From: an uncultured bacterium
GTDB taxonomy: Bacteria > Bacteroidota > Bacteroidia > Chitinophagales > CAIODY01
Assembly: GCA_903857255.1 (NCBI GenBank)
Contig: CAIODY010000043.1
Location: 18,334-82,333, forward strand
DNA length: 64,000 nt
Reading direction: 5' to 3'
Part shown: one piece after another, positions 10,110-19,784 of the stretch
Layout: each line of letters starts with the position of its first letter
How positions within the stretch are numbered: position 1 is the first letter of the stretch
The notes under the pieces: generated by a model
The model's database searches: none
What the model saw: the letters and a program-made list of their open reading frames with translations, nothing else
Told to the model about the DNA's origin: nothing
Program-made: the position numbers and the translations under genes

Positions 10110-12056
10110 ATGGCGCAACTTTCCATTGTTATTGTCAATTATAATGTCAAATACTTTTTAGAAGAGTGTTTGAATTCCGTTCGCCGTGCCATAAAAAATA
10201 TGGATGCCGAAATATTTGTGGTAGATAATAATTCGGTAGATGGCTCGGTAGAGTGGATTCAGCAACGCTTTCACGAAGTGAAATTAATTGCCAATGCCGA
10301 AAATGTAGGATTTTCAAAAGCCAACAATCAAGCTATTCGATTGGCAAAAGGCGAATACATTTTGTTGTTGAATCCTGACACAGTTGTTCAAGAAGATACT
10401 TTTGAAAAGTGTTTATACTTTATGCAAGCACATGAAAACGCTGGCGCATTGGGTGTGAAAATGGTAGATGGCAAAGGAAAATATTTGCCTGAATCGAAAC
10501 GTGGATTTCCAAATGCACGAACTGCTTTCTTTAAAATGTTTGGTTTGAGTGCATTGTTTCCTACGTCAAAATTTTTCAATCAATATTATGTTGGGCATTT
10601 AAAAAATTCGGAAACCAATGAAGTTCCAATTTTGGCAGGCGCATTTATGTTTATGCGAAAATCCGCACTGGATAAGGCTGGTATGCTTGATGAAGATTTT
10701 TTTATGTACGGCGAAGACATTGATTTAAGTTGGCGAATAATTAAAGCTGGCTATAAAAATTATTATTTCCCCGAAACACAAATTATTCATTACAAAGGCG
10801 AAAGCACAAAAAAAGCGACCTTCAATTATGTAAAGCATTTTTACAACGCCATGATAATTTTTGCAAAAAAACATTTTGCAAAAAAAGCCGCCGCTTGGAT
10901 TTTTTTAATGCAGTTTGCCATTTATGTAAAAGGTTTTTTTACTTACATCAAAAATATTGCTAGCAATTTTTTGTTACCAATGCTTGATGCAGCAACGATT
11001 TACGGAGGTTTGTATTTCATCAAATCATTTTGGGAAACCAATATAAAAACGGCTGATAACTTTCGTTATCCGTCAGAATTTCACTTAATTGTTTTGCCAC
11101 TTTATATTTTAGTTTGGTTGTTGAGTTTGTTTTTTGCTGGCGGTTATGATAAGCCTATCAAAACTATTCGAGTGTTTCGTGGAATATTAATTGGTTCATT
11201 AATCATTGCATCGGTGTATGCGTTTTTGCCTGAAACAGCAAGGTTTTCACGGGCAATTATTTTGCTCGGAAGTGTGTGGGCTTTAGCAGCAGTTTTGTTG
11301 ATTCGACAAATTATGCGTTGGATTTTTCCGCATGAAAATATTTCGGATGAAAGAAAAATTTTGCTGGTAGGAAGTTTTGATGAATCAGAACGTGTGCATG
11401 AAATGGTTACACAATTAGGAGTGCAACATGAATGGTTAGGCACTGTTCATCCAACTTTTGAAAAAGCTGAAAACCCTTATCTGGCAAGAATTACACAACT
11501 CAATGAAGTGGTTGAGATTTTCAAAGTGAATGAATTGATTTTTTGTGCGAAAGATATTTCGGCGCAAGCCATCATTCATTGGATGACCACCATTGGCGAA
11601 AAAGTAAATTACAAAATTGTAGGTGAAGAAGGCATGAGCATAGTTGGTAGCAATAGCAAAAATACAGCTGGCGATTTGTATGCCATGGACTTCAGTTTCA
11701 GCATCACCAGTGCATTTGGAAGAAGAAACAAATTGCTGCTCGATTATTTTTTGTGTAGTATTTTTTTGTGTACGTTTCCAATTTGGTTTTTAATTTCTCC
11801 TCAACGAAAAAAAATATGGAATGGTATCATACAAGTTTTGTTTCGTAAAAAAACATGGATGGGTTATCAAAAAAAATCAACAAAAAATTATTTGACTGAT
11901 TTGCCCGATTTATTGTCGTCAGTTTTTTTTATTGCGGATGCTTACCCTGAAATTAGCGATGAGCCTACATTAGAGCACCTTCGTTTTTTATACGCAAAAA
12001 ATTATACCGTGTTAGAAGATATGAATTTGATTTGGAAATGTTTGTGGCGTAAATAA
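10110..12056 (+). CDS. Family 2 glycosyltransferase fused to a multi-pass membrane region and a WbaP-N-terminal-like segment
   Basis: The N-terminus is LSIVIVNYNVKYFLEECL...VVDNNSVDGS...FMYGEDIDLSW (GT2). About six hydrophobic helices lie in the middle. The C-terminal part ILLVGSFDE...RRNKLLLDYFLCSIFL resembles the non-catalytic front of polyprenyl-phosphate sugar transferases. Confidence 0.7.
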   Translation: MAQLSIVIVNYNVKYFLEECLNSVRRAIKNMDAEIFVVDNNSVDGSVEWIQQRFHEVKLIANAENVGFSKANNQAIRLAKGEYILLLNPDTVVQEDTFEKCLYFMQAHENAGALGVKMVDGKGKYLPESKRGFPNARTAFFKMFGLSALFPTSKFFNQYYVGHLKNSETNEVPILAGAFMFMRKSALDKAGMLDEDFFMYGEDIDLSWRIIKAGYKNYYFPETQIIHYKGESTKKATFNYVKHFYNAMIIFAKKHFAKKAAAWIFLMQFAIYVKGFFTYIKNIASNFLLPMLDAATIYGGLYFIKSFWETNIKTADNFRYPSEFHLIVLPLYILVWLLSLFFAGGYDKPIKTIRVFRGILIGSLIIASVYAFLPETARFSRAIILLGSVWALAAVLLIRQIMRWIFPHENISDERKILLVGSFDESERVHEMVTQLGVQHEWLGTVHPTFEKAENPYLARITQLNEVVEIFKVNELIFCAKDISAQAIIHWMTTIGEKVNYKIVGEEGMSIVGSNSKNTAGDLYAMDFSFSITSAFGRRNKLLLDYFLCSIFLCTFPIWFLISPQRKKIWNGIIQVLFRKKTWMGYQKKSTKNYLTDLPDLLSSVFFIADAYPEISDEPTLEHLRFLYAKNYTVLEDMNLIWKCLWRK

Positions 12057-12068
12057 TTTTTTGCAAAA

Positions 12069-12088
12069 AAAAATCTGTGCAGATTTTT
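12069..12088 (+). terminator. Rho-independent terminator after the GT2 gene
   Basis: aaaaatct-gtgc-agattttt forms an 8-bp stem with a 4-nt loop, A/T runs on both sides, 13 nt after the stop. Confidence 0.5.
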
Positions 12089-12163
12089 AATTTTTTCCTC
12101 AAAAAAAAGTTCCTCTCACAAAAAAATCGAAAAATATTTTTCAAAAAATGTGGATTACAAAAT

Positions 12164-12190
12164 GTGAATGGTGAATAGTGAATGATGAAT
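12164..12190. repeat. Orphan run of four 7-nt words (gtgaatg gtgaata gtgaatg atgaatt)
   Basis: The tandem heptamer periodicity is read directly. The word style matches the arms that bracket the small cassette genes, but I found no inverted partner nearby. Confidence 0.6.
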
Positions 12191-12399
12191 TGAAAAATTT
12201 ATTTTCTTGAAACATTGATGAACAGTGGGTTTGAAGGCGATAAAAAATTTCTTCAAAAAAAAATCAATCAGCTTTTTTTAAAAAATAAATTGTGGACAAC
12301 ATGATGAAATATTTTTTGCATTGCACCAAAATATGTATCTATATTTGAACTGTGATTGACAACCATCACATCACACTTTAACCAAAACCAAAACCGATT

Positions 12400-12430
12400 A
12401 AGCCTTTTCATTTTTGAGAAGGCTTTTTTA
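12400..12430. terminator. Bidirectional hairpin terminator (aagccttttc-attttt-gagaaggctt plus T-run)
   Basis: The roughly 10-bp stem has one mismatch. TTTTTTATTT follows on the plus strand and a U-rich tract on the minus strand. It lies 7 nt downstream of the minus-strand PorU-like gene stop. Confidence 0.65.
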
Positions 12431-12436
12431 TTTGGT

Positions 12437-15400
12437 TTATTTCATCAAATACATTTTTCCAAATCCACTTTTAAAGTATTGGTCAGCCGAAGTATTATAG
12501 TGGTCAATCTTGCTACCATTAAGGTTTGTAACCACTCGATATAAATAAAGTCCGTTAGCTAATCGCTTGCCATATTCATCTGTTCCGTCCCAAGCGTATT
12601 GTGTGATATTTTTTCCGATGTGCATGCCTTCGCCTAATTCGGTAACATTTATTTCTTTCACTACTTTGCCTGTGATGGTGAAAATTTGAATTTTGAAATA
12701 CGATGGAATATCACTTCCTGTGAGTGTAAATACAAAATGTGTTTGCGATGTAAATGGATTTGGGTAGTTAAGCACATTGCTAATCATCGGCTTGTTGATG
12801 ATAGTAAAACCAATGTTGTAATCAATAATGCCTGATGCATTATTGCTGCGGTCTTGCCCTTGTACACGAAGATTGTAAACACCATCACGTGATAGCACAG
12901 GGTCTATTTCAATGGTGGCTGAATTGTTAGTTGCAGCATTGGTTGCTGGTGTAAATTTTATCGGAACTGTTAATGGTGAAAGTGTTGAATAACCACTTAA
13001 TCCAGGATATTGCATGGATAGTTTGAAAAGATTTAACGAATCTAAAGTGAGATATTTATTTTCATCCTTCAATCGAATGATGATGTGTGGCTTCGCACTA
13101 ACAATGTCGCCATTCATAATGTGCATGCCATCAAAAGTTACATCCAGCAAGGGATTGATGTTATCAGAAAAAGTAACCACTTGCATTTTTGCTGTGTTGT
13201 TGAAGTGATACAATTCATTTTTGTGTTTGTGTGGGTCGGTTGAAATTGTTGTAAATGCATTCGCATCAATCAGCAATGAATTTTTCCCGGGATATAAATT
13301 GGATGGTAAAGAAATATTGAGATTTGCTGTGTCCCAAGCATTGATGGGATGAATTTTAGCATAAAAAACATCTTTCAAGTTGTTACTTTTTACCATCGAA
13401 TACTTCACATAAAATGTATCCATTTTTATTGGGCTCACATTTCGTAATGCATATTTCAATGTAATTTTTTCGCCTTGATAAATGGTATCAGCATGAAATG
13501 CGAAAAACGAATTTTTATCTAAAGCAATTTCGGGTAATGGCTGATAGTTGATTCGCCAATAATTTAATTGTGCTGGCGTTCGAACCAATGTATCTTTTGT
13601 TGTCATCCGCATTTTTAAATATGGATATTGTGTTGCACTCACAAAACCAATATTGTAATCGAACATTTGATTCGCATGATTTTCATACAGTACTGTTTCA
13701 TTTCCAGTAGTATCAACGCCAATTAATTGAATGGAAGTTGAATCGGCGGAATTAATTTCTTGTGGATTGTAACTCCAATGTATGCTTGTCCAAGAAGCTA
13801 CCGGACCTATTTGTGTTGATGTTAATGAACCTAAATACCAATTGCCACTAAAATAAAATGTGGTGTCAATCAAGCCACCATTTGTATTTGAATGCACTTC
13901 GTGCGTTTGATAACCGTGTGCTCCTTTTTTTCCGAACAATACATAAGTGCGGCTGCCAGTCATGGTATCAGCTATTGTGGTATGAAATAAATTATGCAAA
14001 GTGTTGTGCAATGAAGTGCCTAAAGTTTGTGGCGACCATTGGTTGATGCTATACAACAAAGCATAAGTTCCGTTTGGAATAAAATTGTTTAAAAAATTAT
14101 CAAGGTAAGTTCGTTGTATGGAATCAGTTGCTGCTTGCGACATGGCTGGAATATTATAAGGCCATGTGGTTGATGTTAAACGACCTTTTGTGAAATATTG
14201 AAAGGTGGGCAACTGCACACCACCACAAGTATAATCACCAGCTTGCGGATTGATGCCATAGCCATTTTGAACAGGTTGACCAAAAATTGAATCGAATAAA
14301 ACAATATTAAATCCGCCAAACGGACCAGCAACATTTGAGCTATTATAAGATGCGTAAGGAATGCATGAACCACCATTATTTAATTTCTGATAATCTAAAA
14401 ATGGTGCAACTTGATAGCTTGAACCATCACCAAAATCAGTAACCTTCACACTTCGAATATTATTGGCGAATTTGAATTTTCTTGAAACAGAATCAATTTG
14501 CAGTGTTAAAAACACATCTTTCTTAAACTCAAAATAATGCGATTGGTCCCAGCCTGGAGAACTATTATAAATGTAAGTGAATGATGAATTGTGCCAGGTG
14601 AGTTGATGATTGCCATACAAAGTATCAACTGCTGTGCGCCAATAATACACACGATTATTAACCCAATGCGTTGAAGGTTTCCAACTGATAACGCCACCAA
14701 TTTGATTGATAGTGGTGGATTGAAATTGTGAACTGTTAAATTTTTCGGTGGTATCGAATTGAATAAAATATTTTCGATTAGCTGCCAAAGGGTCAACTGT
14801 GCTGGCTTTCAAGGTGAACTTAGTAGTATCGGTTGCGGCAACAATACTAAATTGTGCAGGATAAACTGGTAATATATCTAATGATGAAATGTTGAAATCA
14901 ATCGTAGTTTGATTGTTGTTTTCACAAATTTCACTCACTTCATTGTTGGCATCTACAATGATTTGAATGCGGTTTGTACCCAATGCTTTATCAGGATTTA
15001 GATTGACGATGACATCAAAATTTTGTTTATAAGCAGGTGCTTTTATTCGCATCGTTGTAATTAACGTTGGTGTTGTGCCTACTGTTAAATCAGCTTTTGG
15101 AAAATATCGCAACACCATAATATTGATGGAATCTTTTTTGTTCAGCCCTAAATTTTCAACCGAAAACAAAACATGAAAAGTATTGCCCGATTCAAAATTG
15201 ATGGTAGATGGATTCAGCGAAACCATTGATTGTTCAATATCATAATCAGGTTTTGAATGTGGGTTTAATTTTATGGCAGGGTCACCATCTAATAACATTT
15301 GTTCGCCAGTTGCCACCATATCAATAGATGCATAAGTTGCATTGCGAAGCATGGTATCAACACCTATACGAATGCATTCGCCCAAGGTGTTACCATAATG

Positions 15401-17695
15401 TGTTTGCCCAATATTTTGATACAGATGATTGGTGTAATAATTCAAACCTGTGCTAATTCCTAAATCAGAAGTAGAGATGTAAGCAATGGCACCAATATTT
15501 TGTGGGTCGCCAGCATCAGGCACTACAAAGCGTTCACTCAATCCTCTTTGATTGTTGTTTAATGCAGGGTCATCAAATAAATTTCCTGAAAAACATCCGT
15601 TGGAAATAAACAATGGATACTTCCCAAAATTTTGATAAGAGGAAGGATTATCCACTGCAAATTCTAAAGTTGAAAAAGAAGAATGCCCAAAAAAGTTGAT
15701 GATAGAAACGCCAGCATTAATCAATGAATCTAAACTGTAAGAAGCGGATAATTGAATGGGTGCGGCACTTGTTTTTTTAAAACTGGTTACATGACCACCA
15801 AATAAAGTGTCTTCAATAATCGCTTTCATAGGCGTTAAAGGGTCGCCATAGCCTGTATTCAAATAACCATCAAACAAATCTTGTTGATATTGGTCAGCAC
15901 CACCAGTTAAATGAATGATTTGCTTTTGCCAATCTTTTCCTGCTAAGGTTGCATCAGATGAAGAACAGTTTTCGGTATGACCCAATTCATATTCTTTCAC
16001 TTTATCTAAATAAGTTTTTACATCAGCAGCAGTGAATGCAGATAATCTGCCAATAGCAATATGCGGATACCAATCATTATTATAAGCCGTTAATAAATTG
16101 TCCGAACCTGGTGTACCAAATGTTGGTACTGTGTTCAAAGCTGCTCGGGTAGCGTTGTTTCGGGTGTTGTTATATTCTTGTCCTTTCCCAATGAGGAAAA
16201 AATGATAAGGTTTTGGTTTGGAAAAAAAATTATCAATGTAGTGTGCAAAATTTCGAATGGATAGTGGATGACCGCTTACACCATAAGCAAATTCATCCGC
16301 CAGTAAATTAATATCAGCAATCAAAGTATCGTAGTTGCCGCCGATAATACTTTTGCGATAAGCAGCATAATCATTCACATAATCATGACCTGTTCCATCA
16401 TTGCGAAAAATAGAATTAGTAACAATGATAAAATTGCCTTGATAAGATGACGAACCAAAATTTTTAAATTTTCGTGGTTGCATATTGCTCACCACTTGCA
16501 CATTATTATCATTGGTTAAAAAAACATTGGTAGTAGCCGATGATGATTGCGGCAAAAGAAAATTAAACGTTGTTTGTGCGCCACCATTATTTACATCAAC
16601 CAATCGTGCATTTTGGTCGAAGTCGTATAAAATAGCATCGCTGTTTTGTGCATTAAAATTTGTAACTGCTAAATGTTTGTTGGTATAATTGGTTGCGCTA
16701 TTATTGATTTGAAAATATTCCTGATTCTGATTATCAAAATCACACAGCTTCGGATAGATTAATTTTATCGTACTCACACACTGATAACCGCCGCCTGAAT
16801 TGATAATAAAATTAACAGGCGTTTGCCCATTTAGCATGGCATTCATTGGGATATTAGTTGCTGAAAATTTATTGACAGCTACATCGAAATAATTAACTAC
16901 ACTATTTGAAGTGGGTAAAAAACCATAAGAAGAAGAACTGTATGCGCCGCCGAAAGTATATTGATTATTGATGTTCACACCAATATTATTATTGCCAGAG
17001 TAAGGCGATGAAGTAATAATTTCGGCTGAAAAGCCTGGTGTGCCTGCTGCCGTATAAGGATAAGGTGTATACATAGTTTGAGCAATACTACTGTTGAAAA
17101 GCAAACCAAACCAACCTTCGCCAGCATCAAATGAGGATGGATTAACCACATGTCCGCCACCTAAATTATAATTTACACCACCTGTATAACCGCTATAATT
17201 TTCAAACAATGAAGTATGCATAAAATAAGGTTCGGCAGGCTGCGATGTAATGCTGTTGGCAGTTGCAATCATCCGTTGGTGTGTAGTGCCTGATTGAACT
17301 GCTAAAAAATAAATGGCTGTATCGGTATAAAAACTTCGGTAAGGATTGAATTGCTCGTATTGCGGATTGCGAAATAATGCTGCATCAACTGTTCCATCAT
17401 TTTTTTGCCCGTAAAACTCAATAAAATCGGTGGATGAAAGTGCATTAGCTGAAGTAACAAACAGCGGAACTTCAACATCATTATTAAACAACACAAAATC
17501 TTTTCCTTGCGAACTTGCCAAACCATAACTTTGCAAAGTGCTGTAAGGAATACGATACAAGCCATTGCTAACCACTTTTATTTTGTAAAAAGTTTTGGTG
17601 TAGTCAAAAATCCACTCATTGCCAAATAAAGTCTGGCTGTAGCTTTTCAGCCCAACCACACTTAAAATAATTAAAACGAGTAAATGTTTTTTCAA
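12437..17695 (-). CDS. C25-family (gingipain-like) cysteine peptidase, PorU-like T9SS sortase candidate, 1752 aa
   Basis: It has a signal peptide (KKHLLVLIILSVVGLKSYSQ) and a PorU/C25-style N-terminus (NEWIFDYTKTFYKIKVVSNGLYRIPY). The catalytic-dyad-like motifs are INFFGH (His671) and FISNGCFSGN (Cys701). The C-terminus is a FlgD-Ig/CTD-like module (NYPNPFTSQTHFVFTL...GLYLYRVV). The only usable start is TTG at 17695. Confidence 0.75.
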   Translation of the reverse strand: MKKHLLVLIILSVVGLKSYSQTLFGNEWIFDYTKTFYKIKVVSNGLYRIPYSTLQSYGLASSQGKDFVLFNNDVEVPLFVTSANALSSTDFIEFYGQKNDGTVDAALFRNPQYEQFNPYRSFYTDTAIYFLAVQSGTTHQRMIATANSITSQPAEPYFMHTSLFENYSGYTGGVNYNLGGGHVVNPSSFDAGEGWFGLLFNSSIAQTMYTPYPYTAAGTPGFSAEIITSSPYSGNNNIGVNINNQYTFGGAYSSSSYGFLPTSNSVVNYFDVAVNKFSATNIPMNAMLNGQTPVNFIINSGGGYQCVSTIKLIYPKLCDFDNQNQEYFQINNSATNYTNKHLAVTNFNAQNSDAILYDFDQNARLVDVNNGGAQTTFNFLLPQSSSATTNVFLTNDNNVQVVSNMQPRKFKNFGSSSYQGNFIIVTNSIFRNDGTGHDYVNDYAAYRKSIIGGNYDTLIADINLLADEFAYGVSGHPLSIRNFAHYIDNFFSKPKPYHFFLIGKGQEYNNTRNNATRAALNTVPTFGTPGSDNLLTAYNNDWYPHIAIGRLSAFTAADVKTYLDKVKEYELGHTENCSSSDATLAGKDWQKQIIHLTGGADQYQQDLFDGYLNTGYGDPLTPMKAIIEDTLFGGHVTSFKKTSAAPIQLSASYSLDSLINAGVSIINFFGHSSFSTLEFAVDNPSSYQNFGKYPLFISNGCFSGNLFDDPALNNNQRGLSERFVVPDAGDPQNIGAIAYISTSDLGISTGLNYYTNHLYQNIGQTHYGNTLGECIRIGVDTMLRNATYASIDMVATGEQMLLDGDPAIKLNPHSKPDYDIEQSMVSLNPSTINFESGNTFHVLFSVENLGLNKKDSINIMVLRYFPKADLTVGTTPTLITTMRIKAPAYKQNFDVIVNLNPDKALGTNRIQIIVDANNEVSEICENNNQTTIDFNISSLDILPVYPAQFSIVAATDTTKFTLKASTVDPLAANRKYFIQFDTTEKFNSSQFQSTTINQIGGVISWKPSTHWVNNRVYYWRTAVDTLYGNHQLTWHNSSFTYIYNSSPGWDQSHYFEFKKDVFLTLQIDSVSRKFKFANNIRSVKVTDFGDGSSYQVAPFLDYQKLNNGGSCIPYASYNSSNVAGPFGGFNIVLFDSIFGQPVQNGYGINPQAGDYTCGGVQLPTFQYFTKGRLTSTTWPYNIPAMSQAATDSIQRTYLDNFLNNFIPNGTYALLYSINQWSPQTLGTSLHNTLHNLFHTTIADTMTGSRTYVLFGKKGAHGYQTHEVHSNTNGGLIDTTFYFSGNWYLGSLTSTQIGPVASWTSIHWSYNPQEINSADSTSIQLIGVDTTGNETVLYENHANQMFDYNIGFVSATQYPYLKMRMTTKDTLVRTPAQLNYWRINYQPLPEIALDKNSFFAFHADTIYQGEKITLKYALRNVSPIKMDTFYVKYSMVKSNNLKDVFYAKIHPINAWDTANLNISLPSNLYPGKNSLLIDANAFTTISTDPHKHKNELYHFNNTAKMQVVTFSDNINPLLDVTFDGMHIMNGDIVSAKPHIIIRLKDENKYLTLDSLNLFKLSMQYPGLSGYSTLSPLTVPIKFTPATNAATNNSATIEIDPVLSRDGVYNLRVQGQDRSNNASGIIDYNIGFTIINKPMISNVLNYPNPFTSQTHFVFTLTGSDIPSYFKIQIFTITGKVVKEINVTELGEGMHIGKNITQYAWDGTDEYGKRLANGLYLYRVVTNLNGSKIDHYNTSADQYFKSGFGKMYLMK

Positions 17696-17725
17696 GCGAT
17701 AAAATTTATTTCAACAATTTAAAAA

Positions 17726-18871
17726 TTAATAACGGTGACGGTGACCTCTGCCATATTTATTTCGGCTATTGGTTTGTTTTTTACCAATATCTAATTTCAA
17801 TGAAAACACATGCGAATACAACACATTGCCTGCACTGCCCGGGCTGGTTAATGCGTAATCAATATAAAAACTGTTTAGTCTTAAACCCACACCAAAGTTG
17901 GGTTGCATGGTGGTGATTTTTTTTCCTACATCATCGGTTTGATGTTGAATATTACACAAACCCAATCGCAAAAAAACAATGTTTCTATAACCGCCTTCTA
18001 CACCAATTTTTGGGTCAACACTAAATGGTTTTGAACTGATTAAAACATTGCGCTGCCCATCAGTAGTAATATCAAAACCTGCTTCGGGTAAAATGGTAAA
18101 ATCTTCGCCCAGTTCAAAATTGTAGGCTGCGCCTAAGCGAATAGTAGGTGCGGTAATTTCACTTGACCGAGTTGGAATCACATTACCTGTTTGAGCCAAC
18201 ACAGCTTGGTCAGCATCGGTAAAATGAAATCCCCAGGTATTAAAAGTTGTAGTAGCATCTTGCAACACACCACCCAAGCGCCAAGCGCCTAATTTGGCTT
18301 GCACACCTACATCTAATCCAAAACCCCACGAGCTGGCAAATGAACCAACAATACGATGAATGATTTTTGCACTACCACCAATACGAACTACTTTGTCGCC
18401 ACGGTCTTCATTGATTATCTCACGAGCATAAGAAGTGAAAAAGCCATAATCAGCCGCTGAAAAACTGGAAACATTATCGTAGTTAATATTGCCATTGGCA
18501 TCCAGTAAATGAAGTGTGTTAGGAATATCATCCACCCCAAACCTGATTAAGCCAAGCCCCAACATACTTTTCTTATCGGCGTTTTTATCCAACGGAATCA
18601 CTACACCACCAAAATCGTATTTAGCAATACCACCAAAATATTCACTGTGCATAGCTGCCACTTGTGGGTTATTATCCACTTCACACATACCTGCCGGATT
18701 CCAGTAAATTGAATTTACATCGCCTGATGTAGCTACTTGTGCGCCACCCATGCCCAACGAACGTGCGCCAACACCTATCGAAAGAAAGGCATTGCTATAT
18801 TTAGCAATTTGCGCTTGCGATGAAAAACTAAAAGCAAGCAACAACCCAAAACAGACAAAACTTTTTTTCAT
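17726..18871 (-). CDS. PorV/PorQ-family outer-membrane beta-barrel protein (PorV-like)
   Basis: After the signal peptide comes SNAFLSIGVGARSLGMGGAQVATSGDVNSIYWNPAGM, typical of the PorV/PorQ family. The rest has a beta-barrel-like alternating pattern ending in an aromatic residue. ATG at 18871 is preferred over the ORF-track start at 18913. Confidence 0.75.
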   Translation of the reverse strand: MKKSFVCFGLLLAFSFSSQAQIAKYSNAFLSIGVGARSLGMGGAQVATSGDVNSIYWNPAGMCEVDNNPQVAAMHSEYFGGIAKYDFGGVVIPLDKNADKKSMLGLGLIRFGVDDIPNTLHLLDANGNINYDNVSSFSAADYGFFTSYAREIINEDRGDKVVRIGGSAKIIHRIVGSFASSWGFGLDVGVQAKLGAWRLGGVLQDATTTFNTWGFHFTDADQAVLAQTGNVIPTRSSEITAPTIRLGAAYNFELGEDFTILPEAGFDITTDGQRNVLISSKPFSVDPKIGVEGGYRNIVFLRLGLCNIQHQTDDVGKKITTMQPNFGVGLRLNSFYIDYALTSPGSAGNVLYSHVFSLKLDIGKKQTNSRNKYGRGHRHRY

Positions 18872-19045
18872 TCTAAATGAAATTATGTAGTAAAATAAAT
18901 AAATAAGGGGCAAACTCTCCTACGTTGATACCCGTAAACTGCGATAAGTTTTCAACTATTTTAAACGCTATTGTTGGCGGATTAGTACATGATAAGATTC
19001 AAAAATCAGTTGAATAAAAAAGTTTGATTTTTTTATTCTTACAAA

Positions 19046-19765
19046 CTATTTAACCAGAGCAGGAACAGGGGCTGAAAGATTTGTGGTATCAACTGATTTT
19101 GTAATTCTCTTAATAAATTTGTAAGAAACACCTATCAATAAATTTGCTGAATTGGTTCTGATAGTCCAGCTATCATAAGGTTGAACACCATTAATATTGC
19201 TAAATCCTAAGTTATCTCTTAGTTCAATCGAACAAGCATATTTTTGTTTAAACGGTATTGCAATGCCAAAGCCTGCTGTTAATCCTGAATCGAAACGCTT
19301 ATCAAGATTGGTAACATTTACAGTTGTTGAAGGATTGCCGGCAAGTTTATAAATATCATTTTGCTGAATCAGATAACCAAAATAAGAACCAGCATCAAAA
19401 AAGTATTTTAGATTCTTTCCAAAAGTAGCTTTTAGTAAAACAGGAAAAATCCAATAATCAAAATTTGAACGAGATGGCACATTGGCAATAATATTTCCAT
19501 TCAAATCTGTAACATTTTTTTCAGCCGCAGCTCCTTTTCTTTCCAATCCAAAACCTGCATGAATGGATAGTATTTCGGGAAAGCAATACTCCAAAAAAGC
19601 ACCTGTAGAAAAACCAATGGTTGCTTTGTTGTATTGTTTTAAAGTTTCATTGCCTCTTAAACTAATTCTGCTTGGGCTTGCTTCTAAGCCAACATTAAAC
19701 CTATAATTCTGCCCGAAACTATTTTCGGAAAATATAATTAGCAGCAAAAAAACAATCAATCTCAT
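19046..19765 (-). CDS. Small outer-membrane beta-barrel protein (OMP_b-brl_2 / PorT-like family)
   Basis: The 239-aa protein has a signal peptide and alternating hydrophobic beta-strand pattern. Size and pattern fit PorT-like 8-10-strand barrels. The family assignment is tentative. Confidence 0.55.
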   Translation of the reverse strand: MRLIVFLLLIIFSENSFGQNYRFNVGLEASPSRISLRGNETLKQYNKATIGFSTGAFLEYCFPEILSIHAGFGLERKGAAAEKNVTDLNGNIIANVPSRSNFDYWIFPVLLKATFGKNLKYFFDAGSYFGYLIQQNDIYKLAGNPSTTVNVTNLDKRFDSGLTAGFGIAIPFKQKYACSIELRDNLGFSNINGVQPYDSWTIRTNSANLLIGVSYKFIKRITKSVDTTNLSAPVPALVK

Positions 19766-19784
19766 GTTTAATTTTTAAATGGTG

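Noticed and set aside
12356-12544. 62-aa plus-strand ORF starting at TTG
   Set aside because: It runs through the terminator hairpin and antisense into the 3' end of the PorU-like gene. There is no coding signal.
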